DNA of 64,000 nt from Macrostomum lignano (lineage: Eukaryota), in contig NIVC01000799.1 in the NCBI GenBank assembly GCA_002269645.1, positions 62,001 to 126,000 on the forward strand, written 5' to 3'. The notes beneath the pieces are model-generated. The model searched no databases. It was not told the DNA's origin and was given only the letters and a program-made list of their open reading frames with translations. Shown here in pieces: positions 1 through 37,323 of the stretch. The position numbers and the translations under genes are program-made. The first letter of the stretch is position 1, and the number at the start of each line of letters is the position of its first letter.

Positions 1-290
1 AGGTAAGGGATGAGAGAGAGGGTGAGATTGGAGATGAGAGATACACAGGTAAGAGATGAGAGAAAGGGTGAGATAGGAGATGAGAGAGATAGATAAGTAA
101 GACATGAGAGAGAGGGTGAGATTGGAGATGAGAGATACACAGGTAAGAGATGAGAGAAAGGGTGAGATAGGAGATGAGAGAGATAGATAGGTAAGGGATG
201 AGAGAGAGGGTGAGATTGGAGATGAGAGATACACAGGTAAGAGATGAGAGAAAGGATGAGATAGTGAGCTAAGAGATGAGAAATATGTTA
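1..290. repeat. Purine-rich tandem repeat, ~94-bp period, truncated by window start
   Basis: AGGGTGAGATTGG recurs at 19 and 113, with a third copy near 207; internal GATGAGAGA subrepeats. Confidence 0.8.
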
Positions 291-1094
291 AGACAGAAGA
301 TGAGATAGGTAATGAGAGGGGATGAGACAGAATGTTGCGATATGGATGAGACGCAATCCCAGAAAGCGGTTGCAGAAAAAGGCAAAGTACAGGCAACTAA
401 AATTAAAGCTTTAAAAAGCAGACGAGCATAAAAAAGTTTCGAGTGCAGATTTGTTCTCCCAGTCTGAGTTCACAGCTGTGACAATTGGAATCACAGTAAT
501 TAATTAACTATGGTCTGAGTCTCGGTCACCGGACTCCCAGAGTCCTGGAGACTGGTTGAAATTGAACAGGACTCAAGCAAGTCCTTGGAATTCACACCTC
601 AAACAATGGGAGTTCTCTGTTAAAGAGAATTTTTGCATGGAATTTTTCTGCCCCCCGAACAAAGCCAAAGTAAACCTGTAGATCGAGCTTCCGATCTCTG
701 GCTCTCGTATTGCCCCATCTAATGACTGGGGAGTGAAACTCAATACCTAGTCCTAATGGCCTACCTAGCATTAGAGCTTTACATTAGCTGGGGGGTGGCT
801 ACTATACATTAACACAAATAGCGGTCAGAGTTGTTGTAACTTGAGCTGAAAATATTTGGCTGTCCCAGTGCCATACAAGCCGGACATTAATTAGACTGGC
901 GCTCATGGTCTCCGGGGATTATTGTTGCTAAGGGGCTGGGGGAGAGAGAGCGATATCAGGAAGTGAAAAACTTCATCTGTGGATGGCTTCCAGTTCGGGG
1001 AATAATATTGGGCTGGCTTATCTTTTAATCTTTTTCTACGTTGTCTTGCCTCTCTTCTGCTTCTGTCTCTCTCCCTTTCACCCTCTTTCACTCT

Positions 1095-1690
1095 CCCCTT
1101 CTCAACTCTTCTCACCTCTTTTCATCCCTTCTCAATGCCTATGAGCATTTTCTCTCCCCTCCCTTCCCAATGCTCTACCTTCTTCTCTCCCCTCCCTTCC
1201 CAATGCTCTACCTTCTTCTCTCCCCTCCCTTCCCAATGCCCTACCTTCTTCTCTCCCCTCCCTTCCCAATGCTCTACCTTCTTCTCTCCCCTCCCTTCCC
1301 AATGCTCTACCATCTTCTCTCCCCTCCCTTCCCAATGCTCTACCTTCTTCTCTCCCCCTCCCTTCCCAATGCCCTACCATCTTCTCTCCCCTCCCTTCCC
1401 ATTGCCCTACCTTCTTCTCTCCCCCTCCCTTCCCAATGCCCTACCATCTTCTCTCCCCTCCCTTCTCAATGCTCTACCTTCTTCTCTCCCCTCCCTTCTC
1501 AATGCTTATGAGCATTTTCTCTCCCCTCCCTTCCCAATGCTCTATCTTCTCTTCTCTCCCTTCCCAATGCTCTATCTTCTCTTCTCTCCCTTCCCAATGC
1601 TCCACCTTCTCTTCTCTCCCTTCTGTCTTTATCTGTCTCCACCTCCACTCCCCCTTTTTTCAACTAGCCTTTCTCCCCTTCCCAATGCCG
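1095..1690. repeat. Pyrimidine-rich minisatellite, 33-bp unit
   Basis: Unit CTTCTCTCCCCTCCCTTCCCAATGCTCTACCTT; gives the 11-aa repeat LYLLLSPPFPM in the ORF track. Confidence 0.9.
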
Positions 1691-2454
1691 CACACGAATC
1701 TGTAATTAATAACCGACTGTCTATTGACACGCAATAGTATTTTCGAACACTCTCTGTTTAAACACCGTTTTTGGCAGCCAACTTTGCTAACAAGAAGAGT
1801 TTCATATTTTCATATTTAATTTGAGACACTATATTGTAGAAATGCAGTCCGACTTGGTCACGGAGTCTGGTTATAGATTAAATGAATTTTTTATACCTCT
1901 CAACAAAGTGGACCTACACAATAACAATGATTATAATATTAATATACATGTATGCCAATCGCTAGGAGAATTCAGTTGAGCGCAGCTGAGTTGTCATTGC
2001 TCAAATTGAGTGCATTGAAGAGAAGTGAAAGCACTGCGGGCATTGCTTTTGGGGGGGGCATTGGGGTTTGGGGCCCACCCGCTTGGGACTTGCTTTTTTA
2101 TCCTTTCACCCGGAGACCAGCTAAACCCACTGCCAGGCTTGTCTCTATGAGGACTCGATTCATTTTTTTCATTAAATATCCCCCCTCATCAACACGGCTG
2201 GTCCGCGCGACACCCCAGAATCAATATGTACCAATATTATTGTCTCTTTGTCTGCGTGCTTTTTCTTCCGAGTCAAGCAATCGGTGCCAAAACTTTCGCT
2301 AGAGATTTTTTGAGTCTAATCATACAGTACCATTGTGTTGAAATGCAACAGTTCTGCTTTGTGCAGGCACGCATTCTGAAGTCTCAATGCTTGCTCTCGC
2401 GGTCTCTGTCTGTCTCTTTGCCTGTCTCACTGCTCGTCTCTTTATCTGTCTGTC

Positions 2455-3420
2455 TCTCCCTGACTCTCTCCCTTCACTCTCACTTTTCTCCCTGTCTCTC
2501 TCCCTTCACTCTCACTTTTCTCCCTGTCTCTCTCCCTTCACTCTCACTTTTCTCCCTGTCTATCTCCCTTCACTCTCACTTTTCTCCCTGCCTCTCTCCC
2601 TTCACTTTTCTCCCTGTCTCTCTCCCTTCACTCTCACTTTTCTCCCTGCCTCTCTCCCTCCACTCTCACTTTTCTCCCTGTCTCTCTCCCTTCACTCTCA
2701 CTTTTCTCCCTGTCTCTCTCCCTTCACTCTCACTTTTCTCCCTGTCTCTCTCCCTTCACTCTCACTTTTCTCCCTGTCTCTCTCCCTTCACTCTCACTTT
2801 TCTCCCTGTCTCTCTCCCTTCACTCTCACTTTTCTCCCTGTCTCTCTCCCTTCACTCTCACTTTTCTCCCTGTCTCTCTCCCTTCACTCTCACTTTTCTC
2901 CCTGCCTCTCTCCCTCCACTCTCACTTTTCTCCCTGTCTCTCTCCCTTCACTCTCACTTTTCTCCCTGTCTATCTCCCTTCACTCTCACTTTTCTCCCTG
3001 CCTCTCTCCCTTCACTTTTCTCCCTGTCTCTCTCCCTTCACTCTCACTTTTCTCCCTGCCTCTCTCCCTCCACTCTCACTTTTCTCCCTGTCTCTCTCCC
3101 TTCACTCTCACTTTTCTCCCTGTCTCTCTCCCTTCACTCTCACTTTTCTCCCTGCCTCTCTCCCTCCACTCTCACTTTTCTCCCTGTCTCTCTCCCTTCA
3201 CTCTCACTTTTCTCCCTGTCTCTTCTCCCTTCACTTTTCTCCCTGTCTCTCTCCCTTCACTCTCACTTTTCTCCCTGTCTCTTCTCCCTTCACTTTTCTC
3301 CCTGTCTCTCTCCCTTCACTCTCACTTTTCTCCCTGTCTCTCCCCCTCCACTCTCACTTTCTTTTCCCCTTTTTCTCTCTCCCTGTCTCCTTGCGTCTTT
3401 TTCCCTGTCTCTCCCCCAGT
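2455..3420. repeat. Pyrimidine-rich minisatellite, 32-bp unit
   Basis: Unit CTCTCTCCCTTCACTCTCACTTTTCTCCCTGT; period 32 read at 2701/2733. Confidence 0.9.
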
Positions 3421-4877
3421 TTTTCTCCCACAAGCCGAAATGAGTTCTTATATTAATTTTCTCAATTTTGTTTCACAGCTTATTTTTAGTCAGTCCACCT
3501 CACAGCATGGGTCTCTGGGCCCATCGGTCACTGGACCGGAAACCAGGCGCCCGAACCTATCAAGTCATTCATCTATAAATTCATTCATTAATAATCCACA
3601 AACCCGATCCAACGCTCGGCATATCAGTCAGCAACCGGTGTGATTACAAAGTCGAAGAGCTGCTCAAACCCTCCCCCCCAAAGTGTTTCATCAGAGCTGT
3701 CCCTCTTGTTGGTCTCCTGACATTGCTAGAGACGTATCTAAGGCCCTGACAGGCAGTCTCCGAGGGCGGGACCGCTTGTTCTTCTTTCTCCCTACATCAA
3801 GATGACGCCACTTCCTTTGCTTTGACGCTTCCCGTTGCTGGCCAGCGATAAGCAAAAATTTGGTTTCCACTTGAGTTAATCCAGGCCGAGCAGCAGCATA
3901 GGTCACCGCCGTGCTGGTTGGCTTGGCACCACGGTATCAATTAATGATAGGAAAACTCAAAGCCCAAACTTTATGACCAGTTGTAGAGAACTCAACAATA
4001 AGCAGAGCTCAAATTTATGCTTAGAGTTTTAATTAAGTTCGCAAGCGCTCGGCAATAACTCCGAGAGCATAAAATATAAATTTTCGGCTGCCAAGTTCTG
4101 TTCCTCGACAGTCCCCTTCTCCTCCGACGAAAAAAAATTTACGACGCTTCTTGTGGCACCGGTCGAAAATCGCTATTCTCAATCTGTGCTCACGCGTTTT
4201 CGAAGGCAGCTCACGCAACACAAGACTTTATGCCTACTAGGCGAGGGCCAACAACGCAGGGAATCCCATTTATCCGCATATAGCGAAGCAACCCCACTCT
4301 CAGCGACCATCTGTCTCAGAGTTTTTTCAAGGACTACTCAATCAAAATGGCGTGGATTGGAAACCTCCAAGAACTATAGCAGTTGGGCAAACTTCAAACA
4401 TATTGGCATTGAAAGTCAATATCACTAATATTCGGCTCAGTGCAAATTGTTATCTGCTTGACTCCTCTAAATTGCAGGTCGGTTTTGTTGAAACAGATTG
4501 GGAAAGGTGTAATATTTTTAATTAGTGTCAATTTTAGAATCAGAACCTAAATGAGACCTATCTCCAGACTCTATATAGACAAATATGCGATTATATTCAT
4601 GGGCATATGGCTAGATTAGCGATGTCCCCGATTCCACTGCAACTTGATTTCCACTTTACTATTTTTTAGCAAGCATGTGGAACTGCCGCCATTTTTTTCT
4701 CTCTGGTAGTTTCGATTGAAGCCGAGGTGGTTTGCTGATTCTGGAGCTCTGCGTGCTCTGTGAAGCTTTCCTGCTCAGATTAGCTGTTGTGCATTGAGTC
4801 CCTTAGTCCCACTTCCTTATTCAGCTTTTAATTATCCAGCTGTGCTGCATTCAACTCCCTCTCAATTTTATTCATTC

Positions 4878-5520
4878 CCCTCTCTCTCTCCTCTCTCTCC
4901 ACTCTCTCCTCTCCTCTTCTCTCTCCTCTCTCCTCTCTTCTCTCTCCTCTCTTCTCCCTTCTCTCCTCTCTCTCCTCTCTCTCCACTCTCTCCTCTCCTC
5001 TTTTCTCTCCTCTCTCCTCTCTCCTCTCTCCTCTCTCCTCTCTCCTCTCGTCTCTCTCCTCTCTCCCCCCTCTCTCTCACTCTCTCCTCTCTCTCCACTC
5101 TCTCCTCTCCTCTTCTCTCTCCTCTCTCCTCTCTCCTCTCTACTCTCTCCTCACTTCTCCCTTCTCTCTCTCCTCACTTCTCCCTTCTCTCTCTCCTCAC
5201 TTCTCCCTTCTCTCTCTCCTCACTTCTCCCTTCTCTCTCTCCTCTCTCTTCTCTGTCCTCTCTCCTCTCTCCTCTCTCTTCTCTCTTCTCTCTCCTCTCT
5301 TCTCCCTTCTCTCCTCTCTCTCCTCTCTACTCTCTCTCTCCTCTCTCTTCTCTGTCCTCTCTCCTCTCTCCTCTCTCTTCTCTCTTCTCTCTCCTCTCTT
5401 CTCCCTTCTCTCCTCTCTCTCCTCTCTCTCCACTCTCTCCTCTCTTCTCCTCTCTCTCCACTCTCTCCTCTCTTCTCTTCTCTCTCCTTCTCCTCTCTCC
5501 CACTCTCTCCCCACTCCTCT
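4878..5520. repeat. Degenerate (CT)-rich simple repeat
   Basis: Almost exclusively C/T, built of CTCT/CTCCT motifs. Confidence 0.9.
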
Positions 5521-5779
5521 TCCGTTACTTTTCTTGTCTCTGCTCTCTGTGATAATGAAGATGAGTAAAATTTTGAGCACCATCTCAACCGCTCAACACA
5601 CACGGAATGTTGATTATTAACAAAAAATTGAGCGAATTATCGCCGCAGTTCAGTTTCAATCGGATAGAATTTCTCCAGAATTTGACTAGCGGGTCGCTTT
5701 GCTCAGAAATACTTGGGCTTGAGGGAACTCGCGTTGGTGTGATAATTCTGCAGGCCTTTGGCTGACAGGGAAATTGTAG

Positions 5780-8954
<3,175 letters not shown>

Positions 8955-9192
8955 TCTAATTTTCTACCGAACTATTAAAAACAGTTGGATATATCGAAGA
9001 CGTGGAGGCATTCCAATTGAAACTTTCTATATGTGCCACTGGCAGTAGTGTAGTACGAATCGACCGTAAAATCGACAGTAAAATCTATTTGCCAATTTCG
9101 GAATTAAATATAAAATAATAATATTGGATCGATTGCAGCACACAGCAGGCAACTTGTCAGTGTGGTAACAGTCCTGTCAGTCTTACTCCACT

Positions 9193-11052
9193 TCACTGTC
9201 GTCCTGTACGATGCTCCTGTATCGAGTCCATCAAGGACGCCATCGTTGGGAAGGCCAGCTCCAGGTCGCCCTGGTTTCCACCGGAGCCTCTGTCGGCGTC
9301 CGACGATCGAGCTTCGCAGTGCCGCTTGAACTCGTGGATGCAGGCGGCCGAGTGGAAGCGGAAGAACACCTGTAGGGGTATTGCTACGCAGGACAGCACC
9401 AGCCCTGCTCGCGTCTGGTCGGGGAAGAACATGCTGAAGCACACAGTGTTGATGAGCCATTCGGCTATGTTTAACGAGATGAGCACGTTGAGCAGGGCTC
9501 GGGCGGCTCTGCCCTGCTGGCTGGATGTGTAGAACTTTCTCAGTAGCGCGCATTCCACTGCGTAGACCTGCGCCAGGCTCTGGACAATGTTCAGCAAGCA
9601 GGCGCTGCCCAGCAGGATGCTGTTAGCCAGCAAAAGTCCCGTCTCCGACTGTACAGTTGTCCACGTAGTCCATAAGTTGTACGAATCGTTTACGACGATT
9701 GCGGCAGCGCCCAGCCACAATAGCAGCCGGTCGGTGAGGTGAGTTGCTTCAAATTGAGCTCTATTAGCCTTGTTCAACGACTGCAGCAGTACCTTCGTGC
9801 ACGCAAGGCTGCTGCTATATAGAATTACCAGGGTGCAGTAAAATGCGCATTTTGCTCTGCTTTCCAGGTCTGTTTCTTGTCCATCTTTAATGCTCGAAGC
9901 AAAAATAGACACAGTTAGTGACAGCACGACAAATCCTAGGCCCAGAGCAAAGCTAAATGAGTGTCTGCGAATAATGCTGAAATCGGAACTCCTAGCGTGG
10001 CCACCGGCATCCTGCTCAGAGCTCTGCCGGAGCAGAGAGCGAATCCTAGTGCCCAGAGCTCGATCCGCGCTGCCAGTCAGCTCGCTAATGTGGCTGCGTA
10101 GAAGCAGCACGAGACGGCTGGTGTTGGCCAATAGGGTGTAAGCGAGAAATGCCCCCATTACGTAGTACTCAATACCGAATGGGTAGAGCAACTCGATAAA
10201 CCTTGTTATGTGATGCCTTTCGCAGTACGAGTCTTTCAAAACTGACGCGTTCTCCGCGCAGGCAGGTCCGATCTGCCGGATTTCCAGGCCAACGTAGAAG
10301 AACCAGGAGGCGATGTTCATGCCTAGTAGATGGCAGCCGCAGAGCCAGGTGGCCGACAGCTTCCACTGGACCGAATGGCGTCGGTGAACGACAAACAGTC
10401 GCGTCTGCAGCAAGCAGAAAATCACCAGCAGAAGGCGCCGAAACAGTTCGGCCAGCTGCATCTGCGGGTTGCCGTCCGCGGCGTCAACAATGCCGCACAC
10501 AATCTCCACTGCGCCGCAGAGGCACAGCGAGACTGCGAAAATGATGAAGGTGATCAGGAACAGTCCGGACGGGTAGCTTCTCATGTTCTTGGGGGCTTTT
10601 ATGTAGCTGAGAACATTGGTTAATACGATGCGATGATTTCCTAACGGATGCGGCATGCTTGCCCTGGGAATTGTGCTCTGACTGAACACGAACTTCTCCA
10701 GGTAGAAAATCACGCCGATAGCCGAGATTGAATAGGCATTCTTAACTGTCCAGCAGACCCACTCGTTTGGACTGAAAGTTCGCTCGAATTTTGTAACGGT
10801 CGATTCGTATGTCAATGTCCGATTTTGGTGACAGTTCGACTTTTTGAACTCCTCGGTTTCAATGAGAGAAGTTATGAATCCGACAGCGACCAGGCTCAGC
10901 AGGTACATGACGCATCGCAGCTTGACGACTGGCTCTACTAATAGGCTCTGCGTCTGCGTCTCGCTTAGCAACGGCTGCTGCTCCTCCCACAACTCATTAT
11001 TGCTCGGATGCTCAGAGGAGTGCTGTTGAGACTGGCGAGTCGCCTCAGAGTT
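9193..11052 (-). CDS. OTOP: Otopetrin-family proton channel, exon 2 (main coding exon)
   Basis: Long open frame with many hydrophobic segments and otopetrin-like motifs HLLGMNIASWF, LYPFGIEY, LNIAEWLINT and FFRFHSA. The ORF track starts at a TTG (10992), but the frame is open to 11055, with a minus-strand acceptor ...CACGTGACAG ending at 11053. Confidence 0.85.
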   Translation of the reverse strand, partial: NSEATRQSQQHSSEHPSNNELWEEQQPLLSETQTQSLLVEPVVKLRCVMYLLSLVAVGFITSLIETEEFKKSNCHQNRTLTYESTVTKFERTFSPNEWVCWTVKNAYSISAIGVIFYLEKFVFSQSTIPRASMPHPLGNHRIVLTNVLSYIKAPKNMRSYPSGLFLITFIIFAVSLCLCGAVEIVCGIVDAADGNPQMQLAELFRRLLLVIFCLLQTRLFVVHRRHSVQWKLSATWLCGCHLLGMNIASWFFYVGLEIRQIGPACAENASVLKDSYCERHHITRFIELLYPFGIEYYVMGAFLAYTLLANTSRLVLLLRSHISELTGSADRALGTRIRSLLRQSSEQDAGGHARSSDFSIIRRHSFSFALGLGFVVLSLTVSIFASSIKDGQETDLESRAKCAFYCTLVILYSSSLACTKVLLQSLNKANRAQFEATHLTDRLLLWLGAAAIVVNDSYNLWTTWTTVQSETGLLLANSILLGSACLLNIVQSLAQVYAVECALLRKFYTSSQQGRAARALLNVLISLNIAEWLINTVCFSMFFPDQTRAGLVLSCVAIPLQVFFRFHSAACIHEFKRHCEARSSDADRGSGGNQGDLELAFPTMASLMDSIQEHRTGRQ

Positions 11053-11522
11053 CTGTCACGTGGGGTGTGTTTGAAGTAATTATTGAATTAGTACAACTCA
11101 AGAAAAGGTAGAAGGCAACCCCAGGAAAATGTCTTCGGATCCCTCCCTTCTTTCTTGTTTGTTTTTTTACTTTTAGTTGGTAGCCATGTGCATTGGGTGC
11201 TTACCAACAGATTTAGATTCTTTTCTCGTCAGCATTTGATCGCAGAGAGTGCTTGAGGATAAGATTATCATTTGGATTGGAGGCAACAGAGAAGTTGTAT
11301 CTCTTGCTGGAGTCGAACGTCAGCCAATGTACGCGTGACCGTGAAGCAGGCAATTGCCAAATGCCAAATGCCGTACGTCCCTCAAAAATGCTACTTCACA
11401 ATATTTTATCCCAAAATTGCTTTACTGCACTCAAAGACAGGTATTGTTACAGTAATATCGTATTTAACTTACAGATCTTAAATTTTAAATAATTGGTAAT
11501 AAGTACACTCGGCTCTACTCAC

Positions 11523-11555
11523 CGCGTGTGGCGATGACTCCCGTTCAATCTCCAT
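11523..11555 (-). CDS. OTOP: Otopetrin-family gene, exon 1 (MEIERESSPHA)
   Basis: ATG at 11555, 11 codons, then a perfect GTGAGT donor at 11522. The phase-0 join is in frame with exon 2 (470-bp intron, 630-aa product). Confidence 0.7.
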
Positions 11556-11647
11556 TTTCTTTTGCAGTTGTATCTGCAGAATAAACAGTCAACTTTTTAT
11601 TCTGCTTTTCTCATCACTTTTGACCGCGCGATGGGTGGAGCGGATGT

Positions 11648-12279
11648 CATAGGCGTAGGAACGTTTCAAAAACTGGGGGGGCAGGTTCAGTGACGGATTT
11701 AGGGGGGGGGGGGCGCACAGGGCGCACACCCCCGTCGAGTTAGATTTTTTATATGGAAAATGCACATTATCATGTACCGATTATTTTCAGAATCCATCTT
11801 GTCAGCACTCATTTTATATAGCGCCGCAGGCACTCATTTTAGCGCTGCAGTCACTCATTTTAGCGTCGCAGGCACTCATTTTAGCGCTGCAGGCACTCAT
11901 TTTAGCGCCACAGGCACTCATTTTAGCGCCACAGGCACTCATTTTAGCGCTGCAGGCACTCATTTTAGCGCCACAGGCACTCATTTTAGCGCCACAGGCA
12001 CTCATTTTAGCGCTGCAGGCACTCATTTTAGCGCCACAGGCACTCATTTTAGCGCCACAGGCACTCATTTTAGCGTCGCAGGCACTCATTTTGGCGCTGC
12101 AGACGCTATGTTTTATCGCCCTGCAGCAAAATGCATTCATGCAAAGCAGCAAAAACCAAAAATAAGCAAGAATTCTACATTTTACATTTAAAATGTGGAG
12201 GGGCCAGATACCTTTACTGCCCCCCCCCCCATTTTAAAAAGTGGGGGGGGGCATGGCCTCACTGCCCCCTACGCCTATG
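11648..12279. mobile_element. Non-autonomous hAT-type MITE
   Basis: 12-bp TIRs CATAGGCGTAGG (11648-11659) / CCTACGCCTATG (12268-12279). Flanking 8-bp direct repeats GCGGATGT (11640-47) / GCGGATGC (12280-87); 8-bp TSDs are characteristic of hAT. Confidence 0.8.
11822..12105. repeat. 21-bp minisatellite inside the MITE
   Basis: Unit GCGCCACAGGCACTCATTTTA, ~13 copies. Confidence 0.9.
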
Positions 12280-13249
12280 GCGGATGCTGTTGAATCTTTA
12301 AATCCGTATTAAATCAGAGATCAGATCAGGGTGAAAAGGCAGAATATTGCAGATAAGTGGACTGTGACGAACTTTCTTGGTATTTAAATTACATCTGCAT
12401 CATTTCGGATTACAAAATGCACTCATAAACTAGGTTTTGGAATCAGCTGTCATGCAGTAACTTGCGAATTGAAAATGTATGCCAAAAGATTTATTCGATA
12501 AAATATCACGCGATGAATTCGTTTAACTTGGATAAGACAGCAACATATTCGTAATATTGCATGCTGGTGCTATCAAAACACCGCGCAAACTTCAGGACTT
12601 TCAAAACGGCACTTTCTATTTAATTTGTCAGTTTTAAATGTAAATGTATTATATATCCTTTTTGCGTTCAGTTTGGTGCAACATACGCAGCGGAAACGAG
12701 CCAAGCCGAAAGACATGGTTTGTCATGGACTTGTGCAGAAAACCAGCAACCAATTTAGTCTAAACTGCCTTCGATAGCAATCGATAGCAAACGTACATGA
12801 TTGGGGTGCGGGATGATTGGGGGTGCGGGTGAGCGTACGATAAAAATACAATTACAAATACATCACTGACATCTCTCTTCTGATATAGCAAAAAAATTGA
12901 AAGGAATTAAAATCAATTACTCGAACGAATTATCGCTTTCGTAATATTTCATTCTTAGCGCACAAAGGCGGCACAATGTACAGCGCGAGGGTTGGATGGC
13001 TAACACTCATTTCACTCCAGGCTCACAAAGGAGCACTAAGAGAAATGGAGGCAGGAATCATTCGATTTGAACAGGGAATAAAAAATATTTGGAATATTTT
13101 TCTCAGCAACAAAGTCGGTCGGTTTAACGCTAATATTTGTCTTGAAAGCTCATGTAACAGTCCTTGAAAAAACATCAAAATTTACTGTTCGTATCACTCA
13201 CAAGTCATACCTGTAGCCCTGGGTGGCCCTAGCAGAGCGGCGCAGTGGC

Positions 13250-13985
13250 TCTCCAGGCAAATCTGATGCCGCCGATTCATCGCCGGCCGGAGCCGCCTGG
13301 GCCGCTAACTGTACTTCTTCGGCTTCAGCAGTGGATTGCTGAGGCCCTGGCGATTGCGAATCAGCTCCCTGCCGCTTTGAGTCAGCAGTTGGTGCGGATG
13401 GTCCAGGTCGGCTTGCCTACTCGGCTCGGCTCTCGGCTCGGCTTGGAGAATCCGTTTCCCTTCTTGTAAGTTCTGTCTTTTAGCAGCGCCTTCTCATATG
13501 CTGGCAGCTTCGTCCGAATCAAGCGACCGAGCATGATCAGCTCGCTGGGACTGGTGCTCGTACCACGCTAATTGGTGAAGCTGGATATTCCATTAGCGCA
13601 ATTTCGGGCTAATAGGACTTCCTCAGGATACTCTTTGCCTGTTTGACTGCCTTCTCAGCCATCCCGTTGAATTGTGCATATCCGGACGAGCGCGTGTGCA
13701 CGAAATCAAACTGTGCAGCAAACTCTTGAAACTTAAACCAGCTGAATGGGAGACCATTATCACTGATCAGTTCTTCGACGATAACGAACCTGGCGAACAT
13801 CGACTTTATGCGAGCAATCACCTGAGCTCCAGACTGTTGATCTATAACTTTGCCAGTTCGATCCAGTTGCTGTAATAGCGGCCGTAATTCGACTAATAGC
13901 CCCTTGTCGCCATTGAAGTCCAGCAGATCACAACCAACCTTGGTCCATTGTGCATTCGGAATCTGACATTGCTGACTCAATGTAT
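13250..13985 (-). pseudogene. Degenerate LTR-retrotransposon (Ty3/Gypsy-like) rve integrase remnant
   Basis: WTKVGCDLL ... ELISDNG ... NGMAEKAVKQAKSIL retains the D-D-E triad. YYSNWIELAKL, PSELIMLGRLIRTKLP and GRELIRNRQGL lie in shifted frames, with stops. No LTRs or RT seen. Confidence 0.85.
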
Positions 13986-14680
13986 AAGATTCATTTCGAA
14001 AAAAGGACACATCCTCGTAAAAAATCTACCACACATGTGATGTACGTAGGACGAGACAATAAAAAGTGTGTTTAAATAATGTAAAAAATGAAACCTTTTA
14101 GGGGGATACATCCATGTTGATAAAGTCAGGCAACCATACAAACAAGAAAACGTCAGAGACATGATCGATTTGACATATTACTGGTCTCTACATGTATACT
14201 GGTACGGTCTGTGTGTGCGTCGCTCTCGAATTCCACCAAGGACCACTAGCAGTACACTAGTAGATATACTAGCTGCTAGTGATCCTTGATTTTCACTTGA
14301 GTAAAAAGTACCTCGGACGGCAAATGTAACTTACTCAATAGCAAAACTGTACATGCAAATAAACCTGATAAATTTGATGATTACTGAATCAGTAAAAACA
14401 GTTTATAGATGCAATTTTCCGGTGGTGTTATGATTAACAAAATGTGATAAAAACATATAGTATACTGTGTATAAATGATGTAAAAACTGTCAGAATGTTA
14501 CGAAATAGTATACTCATTTCTTGAAACTCTTAATTTTTAATGCTTTTTAGGCATGCTGTTTTTGTCGCACAATTTTTTAACAGCGTCGTTTTTCAGGAAT
14601 TCCTGAGGTCACATTGGTCACATTTCCCATAATATCCCATAATGAGCTCATAATAACCGTCGTATGCTTTAAGAAGATAA

Positions 14681-36688
<22,008 letters not shown>

Positions 36689-36854
36689 CCCAGGAACAAA
36701 ATTCGGTCATCTCAAAGTTCGAAGCCGCTAGCCTTCTTGAGCTGCTACATTTAATTTTAAAATGAACTTTTTATTTTTTTATTTTAGCTATTAAACAATA
36801 CAATCTAATTAAACATATTTATCCCACCGTGGGCTGGCTCCAAGTGGCTGTGTC

Positions 36855-36860
36855 AATAAA
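36855..36860 (+). promoter_or_regulatory. Candidate polyadenylation signal for EML5/6
   Basis: AATAAA 167 nt after the stop codon, followed by AT/T-rich sequence. Confidence 0.4.
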
Positions 36861-37323
36861 ATATTTATTAGATATTCTTAATTTTGATCAAGCGATACTA
36901 CATTAATTTAACCTGATTTATTGAATTTTCTAACTTAGCCAGAAAACTATTGTGCTGATGTTTATATCAACTTCTTATTATACAAATTGCTGTCAATATG
37001 TATGTACATATTTGGCTATTACTCAAATCCTGAGAAGTTCGATAATCCGGATTTTTACTATATATATGACGTTTTGAACTCTTACTTGATTAGGTTTTAG
37101 ATATCCTGAATTATGATTATTAATTACAATATACAGGCCTGTCCTTTGTACTTACCTTTAATTGGACAATCGGCTGAAGGATAAACTGAAATCCGGCGAC
37201 TCAAGACTGAGGGAGTCTGCGATACACACTTTTTTAATTAGTGTCACACTGGATGAATAACTGGATTCTTTTTTGTCTTTTAATGTTCTAACTGTGTGCC
37301 CGAGTCTGTTAGGCAGACCGACC

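Noticed and set aside
10990-10992. Non-AUG (TTG) initiation of otopetrin implied by the ORF track
   Set aside because: The frame is open further upstream to a splice acceptor and an in-frame ATG exon exists at 11555-11523.
14243-14280. Small inverted repeat CACTAGCAG...CTGCTAGTG upstream of EML
   Set aside because: Only 9 bp with no TSD or other context; expected by chance at this scale.
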